DNA from: Pocillopora damicornis
Lineage: Eukaryota
Assembly (NCBI RefSeq): GCF_003704095.1
Contig: NW_020847569.1
Location: forward strand, 806,001-870,000
Reading direction: 5' to 3'
Length of the DNA stretch: 64,000 nt
In this document: positions 33,452 to 49,855 of the stretch, in pieces
Position numbering within the stretch: position 1 is the stretch's first letter
Layout of the letters: each line of letters begins with the position of its first letter
Position numbers and translations under genes: made by a program
Notes under the pieces: generated by a model
The model's input: only the letters and a program-made list of their open reading frames with translations
Databases searched by the model: none
Told to the model about the DNA's origin: nothing

Positions 33452-36400
33452 ATGGCGGCCATATCATCATCTCCAGTTGTCCAAGCAATCGATCAGAAAT
33501 CTATTCACCAGATTTGCTCTGGTCAGGTTGTTTTAAGTATTGCAACTGCAATGAAAGAGCTTGTTGAAAATAGCTTGGATGCTGGAGCCACCAACATCGA
33601 AATCAAACTACGAAATCATGGCGCTGACGTTTTAGAGGTTATCGATAATGGCTGTGGGGTAGAACCCCACAATTTCGAAGCGTTGACTTTAAAGCACCAT
33701 ACCTCGAAGCTAAAAGATTTCTCCGATCTCGCAAGCGTGGAAACGTTTGGTTTCAGAGGGGAGGCACTAAGCTCCCTTTGTGCGCTGAGGTATTTGTGAA
33801 GGGGACACTGTTTGGTGTTGGCGGGAAACTAAATTGGTTATTTAACGTCCCTTACGACTGAATGTTGTTGATAGCTTGCAATATATCTGTAAATTCGTCA
33901 CTAGANNNNNNNNNNNNNNNNNNNNNNNNNNNNNNNNNNNNNNNNNNNNNNNNNNNNNNNNNNNNNNNNNNNGGATCTTTTGATCTCATAGTTTTATTAT
34001 GACTAGTGCCTCAACCAACTTGGTATGGGGCTTCTTGTATTGTAGTGCTCAATTAAAAGAACAGCAAAAAGGTCACAGAAACAAGTCATTTTACATGCCA
34101 TTGGGGTTCAAGAACTGGGTAATGAGAAAATGATACCACATTTTTAGGAACCACAAGCCATTCAATTCGCCTGATGTATTCTTCTCTCTCTCCACAGCAA
34201 ACTTATAATAGTGACACATCACTCGTCCCAGACTGTGGCAACAAGACTAGAATATGATCACAATGGAAAACTGCTTTCCAAGAACCCTTGTGCTAGGGCT
34301 GTTGGCACCACTGTGTCATTAGAAAACCTTTTTTCAACTTTACCTGTACGCCATAGAGAGTTTCTCAGGAACATCAAAAGGGAGTTCTCAAAACTAGCAC
34401 ATGTCCTTCAAGGATACTGTCTTGTAAGTACAGGTGTGAGGATAATGTGCAGTAATCAAGTGGAAAAGGGAAAGAAGACAACAATTGTGTCAACAAATGG
34501 AAGTGATCAGGTGAAGGATAACATAACCTGTGTCTTTGGACCAAAGCAGGTATGTGAAGTGTGTATTTCCCTGACTGGTATAGTACAAGGTTGTTAAAAA
34601 GGCTAGTAGGTACCTTGTGGTATCTCCTCAAATAAAACTCCTAACTCAGAGTTTGACACTGAGATACTGTGGTGCCATCACAAAATTTTTTTTCTGCCTT
34701 TGGGTACTGTACCCCTGACTTGACTTTGAACATCAATGCAGTAATTGGACTTCACATTCACTTTTCTCACATGCGATTGCAAACCAGGGTGAATTTCACT
34801 CTGGGGGCCCATTATTTTAATTTTCTTATGACCATGATGCACCCTCCTGAAATACATCATGACAGTGTACTGCAGGAGGCCTTTGCCAACCTCTGACTGA
34901 CTATTTACCAACTTGCTATTACAGTGACATCATGAATGATAAACAGTTATTAGTGAGCCTATACACTAGCTGTTTCAGCATGAAATATCTGGTTGAGTAC
35001 AGTTCAGTTTTACCCAGTTTAACTCTATGTGGTGTTTATTTGTGACACTCTTCTCTCTACGATAACATAAAATGACGTTTGAAAGATAACTCTGTGTTGA
35101 CAGACAATTGACTGTCTTGCTATCTGATACATTGACTAAGGCTTCCTTGAGTACTCTTGATGCCTCAAGAGGAGTTCCCTAAATGTACAGCCAGGTGCTC
35201 TTACATACTCTTAAGTGGCTAACTGTCCTGCCTTGATACCTTCACACCCAGGGGTGGTTTTATTTCACCTTGGTGCCACAAGATTTTGATTCATTAAAAC
35301 CAGCAAGTTCCTGTAGGCTCCACTCTCAGAAGCCCTTAAACTACTTATTCAGGTGCTCTCACGCTCCCTCCAGTTGCCAACCCTTTTGCTCAGATACCTT
35401 CACACCCAGTCATGATTTTATTTTTCCTTGAAACCATGACATTTTGGTTTATTCAAACTAGCGAGTTCTTGTAGATCTGTAATTCTATAAGTTCTCACAC
35501 CTACTCAGGCAGTTATCATGTAATTATATCTTATTTCTTTTTTGTGGATTGATAACCCTCTGCAATCCCATGTTGTTGCCTTCTCAAAGTGCTTTTTGAT
35601 TTAATTTTGTTAAACCGAAATCCCAAATACGAAATCACGGCAGCTGATCAGAACAGAGGAACACCTCGGGACTTAGTGCTAAATCAAATGACACAAAGAA
35701 AACCAGCCTCGCATTCCAGAAAAATTGAGTGTTCAAGTTCTGGTTGATTCCAGTTTTGCTTCCGATTGGTTGAGGAGAAAGTGCGAGGTTTTGTTTTGGG
35801 CACCAATCAAAAATTTTAGGGAAGCAAAAACACCACAGTCCTGTATTGCCGTCCTTCGCGTTAACTTGAAGATGTAATTTTATTTCTTTAGGTACAAACT
35901 ATAATGGCTTTTGAACAATCGGCGCCAAACGAAGAGGATTGCAATGAAATCGGCCTTGATGCAGCGAAAACTGACCTACAGAACAATCCCTTCCATATCA
36001 CGGGCTATATTTCAAAACCAGATCACGGCATGGGACGTAGTACTGCTGATCGTCAGTTTTTGTACATTAACAAAAGACCTTGTGAACTATCCAAAGTGCT
36101 CAGAGTCATAAATGAGGTTTATCACACTTACAACAGACATCAATATCCTTTTGTGATGCTAGATATTACCTTAGCAAGAGGTGAGTTCTGATTACAAAGA
36201 TTATTGTTATGTACCAAGCACATACAATACAGTGAAACTTATTTTTTATCTAACACCCCAAGAGACCCTCGCTTCGCATCCGTTCAATACAGAACCTGTG
36301 CAGTGTTGAGGTCGTAAAAAATCCATGGTGGCAGTGCCCAACTAGAATATGGGAGGCACTGGTTCGAATCCCGTCGACACCTGATTTTTTTAGGCCTCTT

Positions 36401-38694
36401 TTCTGTAATTGCTGAAATGGCAGTTCGCCTGCGGGGATCATTTCATCCGCAGGTCAAATTAAAGCTATTTCTTTTCGAATTGTTACGTAATAAAATCTTA
36501 AAACTGACCTTTTTGTTTGTTTGTTTTGTTAGTCAATTAACCCTTTAACTTCCGTGGGTGACAAAGACAGAATTTTTCCTCACTATATTTCTACCATATC
36601 ATGTAGACAAGAGATGAGAATTAAGAAAAATATCAATTATGGGATTACTAATTGATCCGATACCAAATTCTCCAAACTAACATAATGAGATCGTTTGGCA
36701 GACAGTAAGGAGAATCACTGATGAGATCTTGGGAGCTAAAGGGTTGATCACATAATAACGTTCATTGAAATTATATTAACTGTGAGCAGGCTCACTTTGT
36801 TGCCACGGCACGAGCAGCGAAGCTCGCGTGTCATATTTCTCGTGCCGGGCTCTACACAGACCTCTCGCGCGCTTGTTTCGTTCGTTGGCTCGAAATTCGT
36901 GGGCTTTGCCGCGCATGGCGCTGCGTTAATATATAATGAAAGCCTGCTCGCAAGCTGAAATATATGTTTTTATGGATTCTTCTGACAGATGGAGTGGACG
37001 TGAATGTGACTCCGGACAAACGACAGGTTTTTGTTCAGGAGGAGAAGGTGCTCCTGGCCACAATGAAATCATCCTTGAAGAGAATGTTTGACCCTTGTAC
37101 AGCTTCATTTGATGTCAATCAAAAACCTCTGATGCAAATAACACTGGCCGAATCTTTCTCAGCAAAAGAGGCTAACAATGTGACTTTCCCCGAGAACGAG
37201 CAACTTCGTAATCAGAAAGGTACGGGCTCTACAGTCAATAAAGATGCTAAAGTATCACAGTCTGTCGAGCCTATGTTGATATCCAGACCTGGTGTGTCTG
37301 AAGAGAGAATGAGGTTCCCTTCCCTCAGTAGTTTTAAGAGGAAATTCTCAGCTGTTGATGGATATGTTAAGAACAAACCAAAAGAACCCTGCAGTAAGCA
37401 AGCAAGGCTTACTTCTATGTTTTCTCGGGTTGGTGGTTTGTCAAATCGAAGCCACAACGTGGGACTACGATCTGACAGGAAACATACAACCGTAATTAAC
37501 GGCCACGGAGATGATGAAGAACTCAGGGAAGATGGCAGAAGTAACGAACATGTTATTGAAGTTCAGGACGAATTAGACACGAAGAACTTTGTGAAAGAGA
37601 AGTATATCCTTGATCATAATAACGAGGACTGTACAGTACAGCGTGAAAGCGACAGTGTAGTAAGAGTGAGTGAGGTAAGGGACACACCTTGCGGAGCGAC
37701 TGTTTCAGATGATAATTCTGTTGAGGAGAGTAGTTCAAGATGTCCTGCTTCTTCCCAAAGTTTTAGTTTTATAAACGAATCCGGAGAAAACAGCCAAAAT
37801 GATCCAGAGCCTGTGAATGAAAATCAATGCTCTTATAAAAATGTGGATGGCAGGGATGACGCCATGAAGTCGTTACTTGTAACTCCTAAACGTCCGAATG
37901 CTTCAAGTACAAAACAAGTTGCTTCCGGTTCATTTAGAGACCGGAAGGAAAGCACAGTTAACTTTTGTATGGATAATCTGATAACTAACGTCAAGAAACC
38001 GCAGCGAGAAAAAACAAGGGCTGTTGAAGCTCGCTTGTTCAAAGCCAAGATTGCTCCAGAGAGCAATTCTAGTGCAGAGTCAGAGCTGAGAAAGAATATT
38101 AGCAAAGACATGTTTAAACGGATGGAAATTCTAGGTCAGTTCAATTTGGGTTTCATCATCGCTAAACTGGACAATGATTTGTTTATAATCGATCAGCATG
38201 CATCGGATGAGAAGTATAACTTTGAAGATCAGCAGCGCAATACCACAATCAGGTCACAGCGGCTCATTGTTCCACAGAAACTTGAACTAACTGCTGCTAA
38301 CGAAGCCATCCTCATGGACAATGTGGATATATTTCGAAAGAATGGGTTCGAATTTGAAATTGACGCAAATGCTGAAGCGATGAGGAAGGTCAAACTATCT
38401 TCGCTTCCAATGAGCAAGAACTGGACCTTCGGCGTGGAGGATATCGAAGAACTGATTTTCATGTTGAGTGATTCTCCCGGCATTATGTGCAGACCTTCCA
38501 GAGTTAGGAAGATGTTTGCGAGCCGTGCATGCCGTATGTCTATCATGGTTGGAACAGCATTGGATCAAGCCCAGATGAAGAAGATTGTCTGTCATATGGG
38601 TGAGATTCAACATCCGTGGAATTGCCCTCATGGCCGGCCCACCATGAGACATTTGGTGAACCTTGGCATGCTGCCATCATCAGATTGCCATTGA
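33452..38694 (+). CDS. PMS2: Mismatch repair endonuclease PMS2 (MutL homolog), 4 exons
   Basis: Exons 33452-33789, 34198-34549, 35892-36180, 36989-38694. GHKL ATPase motifs [29 protein letters not shown]. Endonuclease motifs [18 protein letters not shown] and CPHGRP. Confidence 0.97.
33906..33972. other. Assembly gap (N run) in PMS2 intron 1
   Basis: Run of n. The flanking exons join in phase (AG|C), so no coding sequence appears to be lost. Confidence 0.95.
36335..36450 (+). mobile_element. tRNA-derived SINE remnant
   Basis: GGTTCGAATCCCG (B box), then CCTGATTTTTTTAGG and a CTGCGGGGATCATTTCA tail like the 19250-19360 family. Confidence 0.55.
36537..36747. mobile_element. piggyBac-type MITE
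   Basis: TTAACCCTTTA ... TAAAGGGTTGA termini. Confidence 0.78.
36778..36956. mobile_element. GC-rich MITE with short TIRs
   Basis: GAGCAGGCT ... AGCCTGCTC inverted termini around a CpG-rich interior. A similar element lies at ~39905-40107. Confidence 0.55.
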
Positions 38695-38962
38695 AAATCG
38701 ACGAATTAAGGTCAAATTTTTCCTCATTTTAAAGGAAACGGAGGAAATTATTGTCCGCATTAGTGAGATAGAGAATCCACGCTTGTTCCCGATCAAGCTG
38801 TCCATAGTAGGAACTGCCCTTGTGGTAGCTTCTGTACGAGACGCTTTGTACTTTAGAAAGGTGCATCATCATTAGAATCTGTTAGAATATGTTATGTTAA
38901 ATCACAGTTTGAATTCATGATTATTCTTCACGGAAGAAGGAGTATGATTTATGTTGGTGACA

Positions 38963-39172
38963 TTAACCCTTTAACCCCTACGAGTGACTCACAGCTTCTT
39001 TCTTTCTATAATGTCACCTTTGAGTTACACATTAAGGTCACGAGAGTAAAGGAAATGATCACCAACCAAAGAAGCTGTTGATTTTAAACAAATTCTCCTT
39101 GTCAGCAACTTAGGAAACGTCTGAGATTAGTATGGAGAATATGCTTATTGATGTTAGGGTATAAAGGGTTAA
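38963..39172. mobile_element. piggyBac-type MITE
   Basis: TTAACCCTTTA ... TAAAGGGTTAA perfect termini. Confidence 0.82.
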
Positions 39173-39742
39173 GCATCCCTGCAAAGTTGCACATAGTCAG
39201 GGCACCGTGAAACTAGTGAAACCATGCGGTGCTACCGTTATCATATTCAGATAGAAAATTTAGTTAAATTCATTGTAGAGTTATTTCACGAGCTAGATTG
39301 TTAACTATGAGACGTTAAGTAACCTCACAATGCTGCCATCATATATGTTAGGCTGGAAATGGTCTCCATAATTCGTTTATTTCCTCATCTCTAATGTGTT
39401 GAGTTTGCTCGACTTCCATCAAAGTAAGGTTTGTTTAGTTATTATCATAGAAAATGTAAAATAAAGTACACTAAATCATGCATCGATTTGTCGTATTCGT
39501 CTCGAAATACGTAGACTCTGTTAGGGAAATAAAAGCCGTTTACCTCTCGCTAAAATGTGCGTGGTTCTAAGTTTCTGTAATAAGATGAGAGTGACGGAAA
39601 AGATAAGATATCAGAGTGAAATCAACCTCCAATCAAAACAAGTTAAAAACCAAATTTATTTATCGCATCTCAAACAAGATTACACAAAGTTTAATTTCTA
39701 TTTTACAAGGTTCAATAACAGTATTATCAGTGAGCAAACGGT

Positions 39743-43765
<4,023 letters not shown>

Positions 43766-44861
43766 GGCGGTGGAAAACAGAAAACTTTAATTGGTCAGCG
43801 GTAATTACCCAAAACCAAATATTTTTAGGGGAGGTCTGGGAAAAAGTGACGACCAGCCCTTCAAGTTTAGCGGACTTATCCTGCGAAGAAATTTGTATTA
43901 GGACTCGTATTGTCATCATATTTCATGGATTATTTTCGATCTACTGAATAAGGTTGTGAAGAAGAAGAAAAAAAAATAAGCATAAGAACAACAACGACGA
44001 AATAGGCGCCGTCACAATGTGTAAAAAGTGCAGTCTTATTACCAAGTAAACTCTTTATTTTCTTTTCTTTTCCGCGATGGTCTGCTCTGGTTACTGCTGA
44101 CCGTCTCCAAAAATGCTCGACGTATTGATTATACTGCATACCATTTCTTACATGTAATATCCAGTCTTGATTGAAATTTACAACGTTGTTTGATTGTAAC
44201 CAGGACTGTTGTATTCCATTTCAACTGACGACACGAATTCACTGATGTAAAACCTGAGTTTTTGTGTGAGAAATGTCTTTGGAGAATCAAAAGCTGGGAT
44301 GTTAGCTGAGAAACGGACTAGCCGCGGAGAATTAGTCAGACACAAGAGAATACAAACTGTTTATAGCCTATTGTCAGTCATCCGTCGTAATTACGGTGTT
44401 ATTTTGTTACTGTAACGATTGCTCCATCTGAGGCACTCAAAAAAGACGAGGCGTCAAGGAAACGGAAATAATTATAATAAAAAAAAAGGAAAACAAAAAA
44501 CTCACGCCAATGACAGGGAAAATTGATTCTATTTTTATTTCAATTGATTTTACCTTTCACACTCAACGTCCTTCTCTGACAAGGAAAATCATCAAGTACC
44601 ACATGTGCAGAGGAAAAATAAAATTTAATTTTTGACGGCATGAGTGTTCAAACGGTATGAGTTGTATTCAGTAGATTGGAGAAGGGTAAATTAAAAGGGA
44701 GAACTTTGGAATGTGCATCAGAATCTCTACGTGGTCAAAATTCAAAACCGTAAGTCTAAGTTCAAATTTCAGTCAAAACATTTCTTCCCTATTCAAGTCT
44801 TATTCAAGTCTTCCCTATTCAATCAGCCATTTTGTTCGGCCCGACGACACCATAATCATCT

Positions 44862-47800
44862 TCAATAGCCAAACCCAGAGTCCTTTGCCGGCAGTTCTGG
44901 TGCGATACTCTGAAGGAGTTTCGACGAGGACGCTTTTCCAAATAAGGTGACCAAGAGAGCCACTCCGTAACCTGTTGCCCTTTCACCCTGCAATAGCAAA
45001 GACGCACGTCAATTCTGCAGAGACCTTGAGAGTCTGGGACGAGCTGCTCTACAAGCTCGAGATTTGAATTCAAGTTTTACGCGAAATATTAGAGTAGTTT
45101 AGCATGGCTAGAGGCAAAATTTGACTAGTTGTTGTTACACGCTCATGAGTTTGCTCACCATATGAGCTGGAGCAGCCATATCAATATGTAACCAGCTTCC
45201 AGGGAAATCAAATCCTAAGTGGGAACCTATAAATAGAAATAATTCAAGTTCAAGTGTAAGGTCAAGTTATCTTCTGCAAAAAGTTCGCTTAATAAAGGAA
45301 AAAAAAGGAAAAAAAGCATCCCATATCACCAAGGTGAGGCTTTCTTTATAAGTCAAACTATACAGGCTGCAAAAGTGCAATATGAAAAAAATCTTCTTAC
45401 AAATAGAGTGACATAAACAATTCTTTTTACGTTATACGTGATTGAATCTGCTGAGCGATGTTTCGTCTATTGTCGTCGGTTAATGCACAAAGTTTCTACA
45501 GTAATCCCAAAAATCCTTCATAAATTACATACCAATGAAAAGGCCAGCACAGGACACTTGAGCATTATCACGATTCTGCGTAAAACAAAAGGTTTAATGA
45601 TGTATCCCTTAAACTGACATGTATTTACGTCAAATGGAAGTGAGTTTCGTAGCTATTAGTCCCTCATAGCTAAGTTTGTATTCTCTTGCTTTCCACTCAA
45701 ACGCTAGACGTTTGAAAGTAAAATATAATAAGGAGCGAACTAAAACAAGAAGCTACGGTAGCTCACTTCAAGCGAGGGCAAACTTGGGTGACGTAATCAC
45801 GACTGGCTTTAATTTTTGCCTCTGATTGGTTGAGAACGTTGCGTAAGTTTTCTCGACCAATCGCAAGGCGTAGTTATGCAAACTTGAGCAGTCACGGATT
45901 ACTTTCGACTCTCAGTAAGCAACGTGCCTAAAAATAAAAGGAATCATTTTCCATGCTTTGCTCTGCTTATTCCTATGGTAAATTGTGATTACTAAATGCT
46001 GTGGCAAGACAAATTATACATCAAATAACTTACTTGTACTGAATTTTTCATATCTGCTAATGCACTTGAAAATTCTGAGAAATGAAGTTCTGGGCAATAT
46101 GGAATGGGAAACTGAAATAATAAAAAAAAGTGCAACGAACAATTAAGAGAGTGGAAATAGGTTTAAAACTGAGCAGATTTTTAAGTCGATATCGTAGACG
46201 AGAAACAGATGAACAATGTGGAACAATGTTAAACAATATCATAAGAATAAAATGAGAAATTTCACGCCAAAGATGAGCCTGAAAGGAGAGAGAAAAAATG
46301 TGCGACCTCCACAAAGATTGGAACTTTGGACTTGCCAATATCATGATCGATTGTAAACGGTTCTAAACATCGGTTACTTCACCTATTGCGCGACAGAAAT
46401 GTGCTAGGCGAGCTTTTTTACGAAATTATATGGTTAGCGATCTGGTTACTGCCAAGATAGCGCTGTCGAAAGCGTAGTGTGTGAAAACAGACTAAAAAAG
46501 AAGTTAATTTCAAAATCTTTAGCGCGGTCGTCGATTGAAAAAGTCCTTTTAGCCTTCATCACAAGCGGAGACTTTTTGTTTTACAGTGTTCTCTATAATG
46601 AAGTCAAGGATGTCAAAACTGATTCACTGAAAGGTTGACATCATATGACAATTAACTACTCACAACCAGGTCCCCACTTGCTCTTCCCGCCGCAGCACAA
46701 GCTGGTTCCCACACCTCTTTGTTGGTCAAAAGTGACGCGTGGTAGCGTCCCGTTGCAATACCCTGGGCACCAGTCAAGGTGGCCATGTCAAGGACAACGT
46801 CGGCATGGAGATCCTTCTTGGCATACGCCACCTGGGAACAAAAGAGAAAGGTAAACTCCATCATACAAGTGGCAGTTTGGTTACTGAAAAGTAAACAGAT
46901 CCACGGCATACCACAATGACCCTGCAATCATGGAACGCTATTAAGAATATACATGATTGGCTGAAAACGGAAACATTTCTCCTGTAACACGGGTGCAGAG
47001 TTGTAACGAGTGCAAATTAAAAATAGCGCGCGCGCTGCCAAAATTTCGTCCGTCTTGACTTTCTGTGATGCGTTTTTGATGTAAGTTATTCAGAAGTAAC
47101 ATCATGATTTCTCATGCACGGTCCTCCATCGTCTCTGAATGGCGGTTGGTTACAGAGCTATGGTCAACTACTAGAATAAAAATGTTCTGCATGTAAACTG
47201 GTCTTACCCCATCTCCAAGAACTAAGCGGCCTTCAGCATCGGTATTGTTAACCTCGACAGTTCTACACCAGATTGAATAAAAAGACAAATTTAACATTGT
47301 AAGGTGACCCGAAAGTTTTCCTTTCTTTCTGACTCCTTTTTGTGTTTAACAATGTTGTTTTGGGTTTCAAAGGACAGAGAAAAACCTCAAAGAACAGCGT
47401 CACGATTGTCATGCTTTAACTTAATTATCTATTTGTGACGGCAAGCACATGTATGTGATACACAGATGGTGATGTTACAGTCTCCCTTTTTTCGAGCCCA
47501 GACGTACACGTACACGTTGATTTACAGCCAGTAATCAAATCCGGAAAGGTCGATTGTGAAATCAATTATTATGTGAAATCTATAAATCCAATTCAAAAAA
47601 GAACAAACTGGTGACTGCATCTAGTAAACGGCTTTTTATTCCCATTCGCCTCGGCCGTCTGTAATTAGTACTTTTGACTGAAAAAACTGTATAAAGAAGT
47701 CTAAATGCTCGTTAAACAGGTGTAGTTTTTATCATTCTCAGTGAAAAGCTTCCAAACTACGTTGGGGTCTGATGCAAGGTTCTTTACGCTTAAAGCGCAT

Positions 47801-49823
47801 TTCGATTGCGTATTGTAAAACTAAACCGACATAGTAAAAACAGCCAATCACAGGAAAAATATCACAGTGAGCCGATGAGAAGTAAAAAAAGATACAAGAA
47901 AAATGCTTGGAGCACGGAAAAAAGCGAGTGGCCTGGTCAGAAATGAGTTAAGTTTGGCATCTTGACATCTTATTGGTTAAGAGGATGGTGAGAAATTTCT
48001 CGACCAATCACGGAGTGAAGAAAGGTGAGACCCACATTACTTTCGACCTTACAGTGGAATTGCTCTACAGTCGACACGACGTGACTCTATACACAACTTA
48101 CTACCTCACTGCAATGTAATCAGTTTACGATATTCAGATGAAACTTACTTTCCTGAGTATAACGTCAAAATGTCATCAGGTCTAGTAGCGTCAGGACCAA
48201 CAGCATTTTCTGCCATGCAGAACACAGCATGAAGATTCTCAGTAAAGCCCTGTGTAAGGATCATAAACTGAATCATTATTTTCATGAATTTTCAAACTTT
48301 ATACATAGCCGTTGGTAAATTGTGGCATTTGGGCATTTGATATAGCACAGGAGCATCGAGAAGGAAGTTGACCGATGGCTAGAGCCACAGAGCGGGACAA
48401 CGGAGGAGGGAGGGGGGTGGTGGATCAAGGTGTGCACCTCCTGTACCTCTTCCCTAGATCCGCCCATGCGAAGGGGATGTTAGAGAAGCCATGGTGGTAC
48501 GACTCTCCGTTAAAGGCAGTGAGGGGTGATTCGTAAACCTGAGCGGCAACCATCAAGAGAGTCATTACTATGAAGGGCAAATGTGAAGGGAAGAAGTTTG
48601 AAGTATATAAGTTTTGGACGAAAGTTGTGGGAGACAGGAAAGTTTTTAATTACAGCAACTTACTGACCTGTTTTACTGCTGCTCTAAAAGCTCCTAGAAT
48701 ACCAGCTGCCCCTCCACAGTCTCTTTTCATCCCAAGCATAGAGGTCTGCAAAATGAATTAGTTTTAACTCTTTACCTCCACATATTTGATTGAATAATTC
48801 TCTTTGTGGCTACTATAAGAGGGCGATTGCACAATAGTGGTTTCCCCGCATCACTAAATGCACTCTGTGTTGGTGAAAAAGTGAAATGAACAGTCAGGTC
48901 ACAAAATTAACCTTCGTAGGTTTTTTTTTTGGCGCAGAACGCGAGAAACGTGCGAANNNNNNNNNNNNNNNNNNNNNNNNNNNNNNNNNNNNNNNNNNNN
49001 NNNNNNNNNNNNNNNNNNNNNNNNNNNNNNNNNNNNNNNNNNNNNNNNNNNNNNNNGTGAAGGATTATCCCTTTACAAATATTGCAGCTCATCTTACCTC
49101 CAAAACCTTTTTGATCAAGTTCTTCTCCTTTGATCACAACAGGAACAATACCTAATTCTTCACCAACTTTAGTAATTTCCTGGACAAAAAAGGACATGAA
49201 GAGACAAAAGAAGGCAGAAAAACACATTTAGAACAAGACCTCTACAGGGTGCAGAGATGCTGGGCCATGTAACCTGATCAAATTATATTATCCTGTTCAG
49301 TTCAAAAATTCAAGAAAAACTACAATTATTTCTAAAATAAATGGTAGAAACTTTCCTGGGCTTTTCTTTTCTGAAAATAACCTTTTTTTCCTCCTACATT
49401 AAACACCCTAGTTGTGATAAAGAATGATAACAAGACTCTATATCTGTAACTTTGTGAGGTACTTGCACTAAAACCAGTACAGAGCATTCTAGTCCAATGG
49501 ATCATTGGTTTTAGATGTGGTGAAGATACACATATTAAGTATCAGCTCACACCTGAACAAATGCAGTGGTGTGCAAATCTCCACATGGCATATCTACCAG
49601 GCGAGCACTCAGACGGATGCTGTCTGCAACTACATTCATACAAGCAGCATCTTCACTTGAGATTGGAGAATCATTGTTTCCAACAAGAATGAACTCTACA
49701 GTTACAGTTCTTGATAACAATTTTGCAGCTTTAGAGGTCTTTCTTGAATAAGTTGGGAAAGCCCTTGAAATAGCACAAGCTGAAGCAAAAGCATCATGTC
49801 TTTCACAGACAACCTGGGAAGCA

Positions 49824-49855
<32 letters not shown>

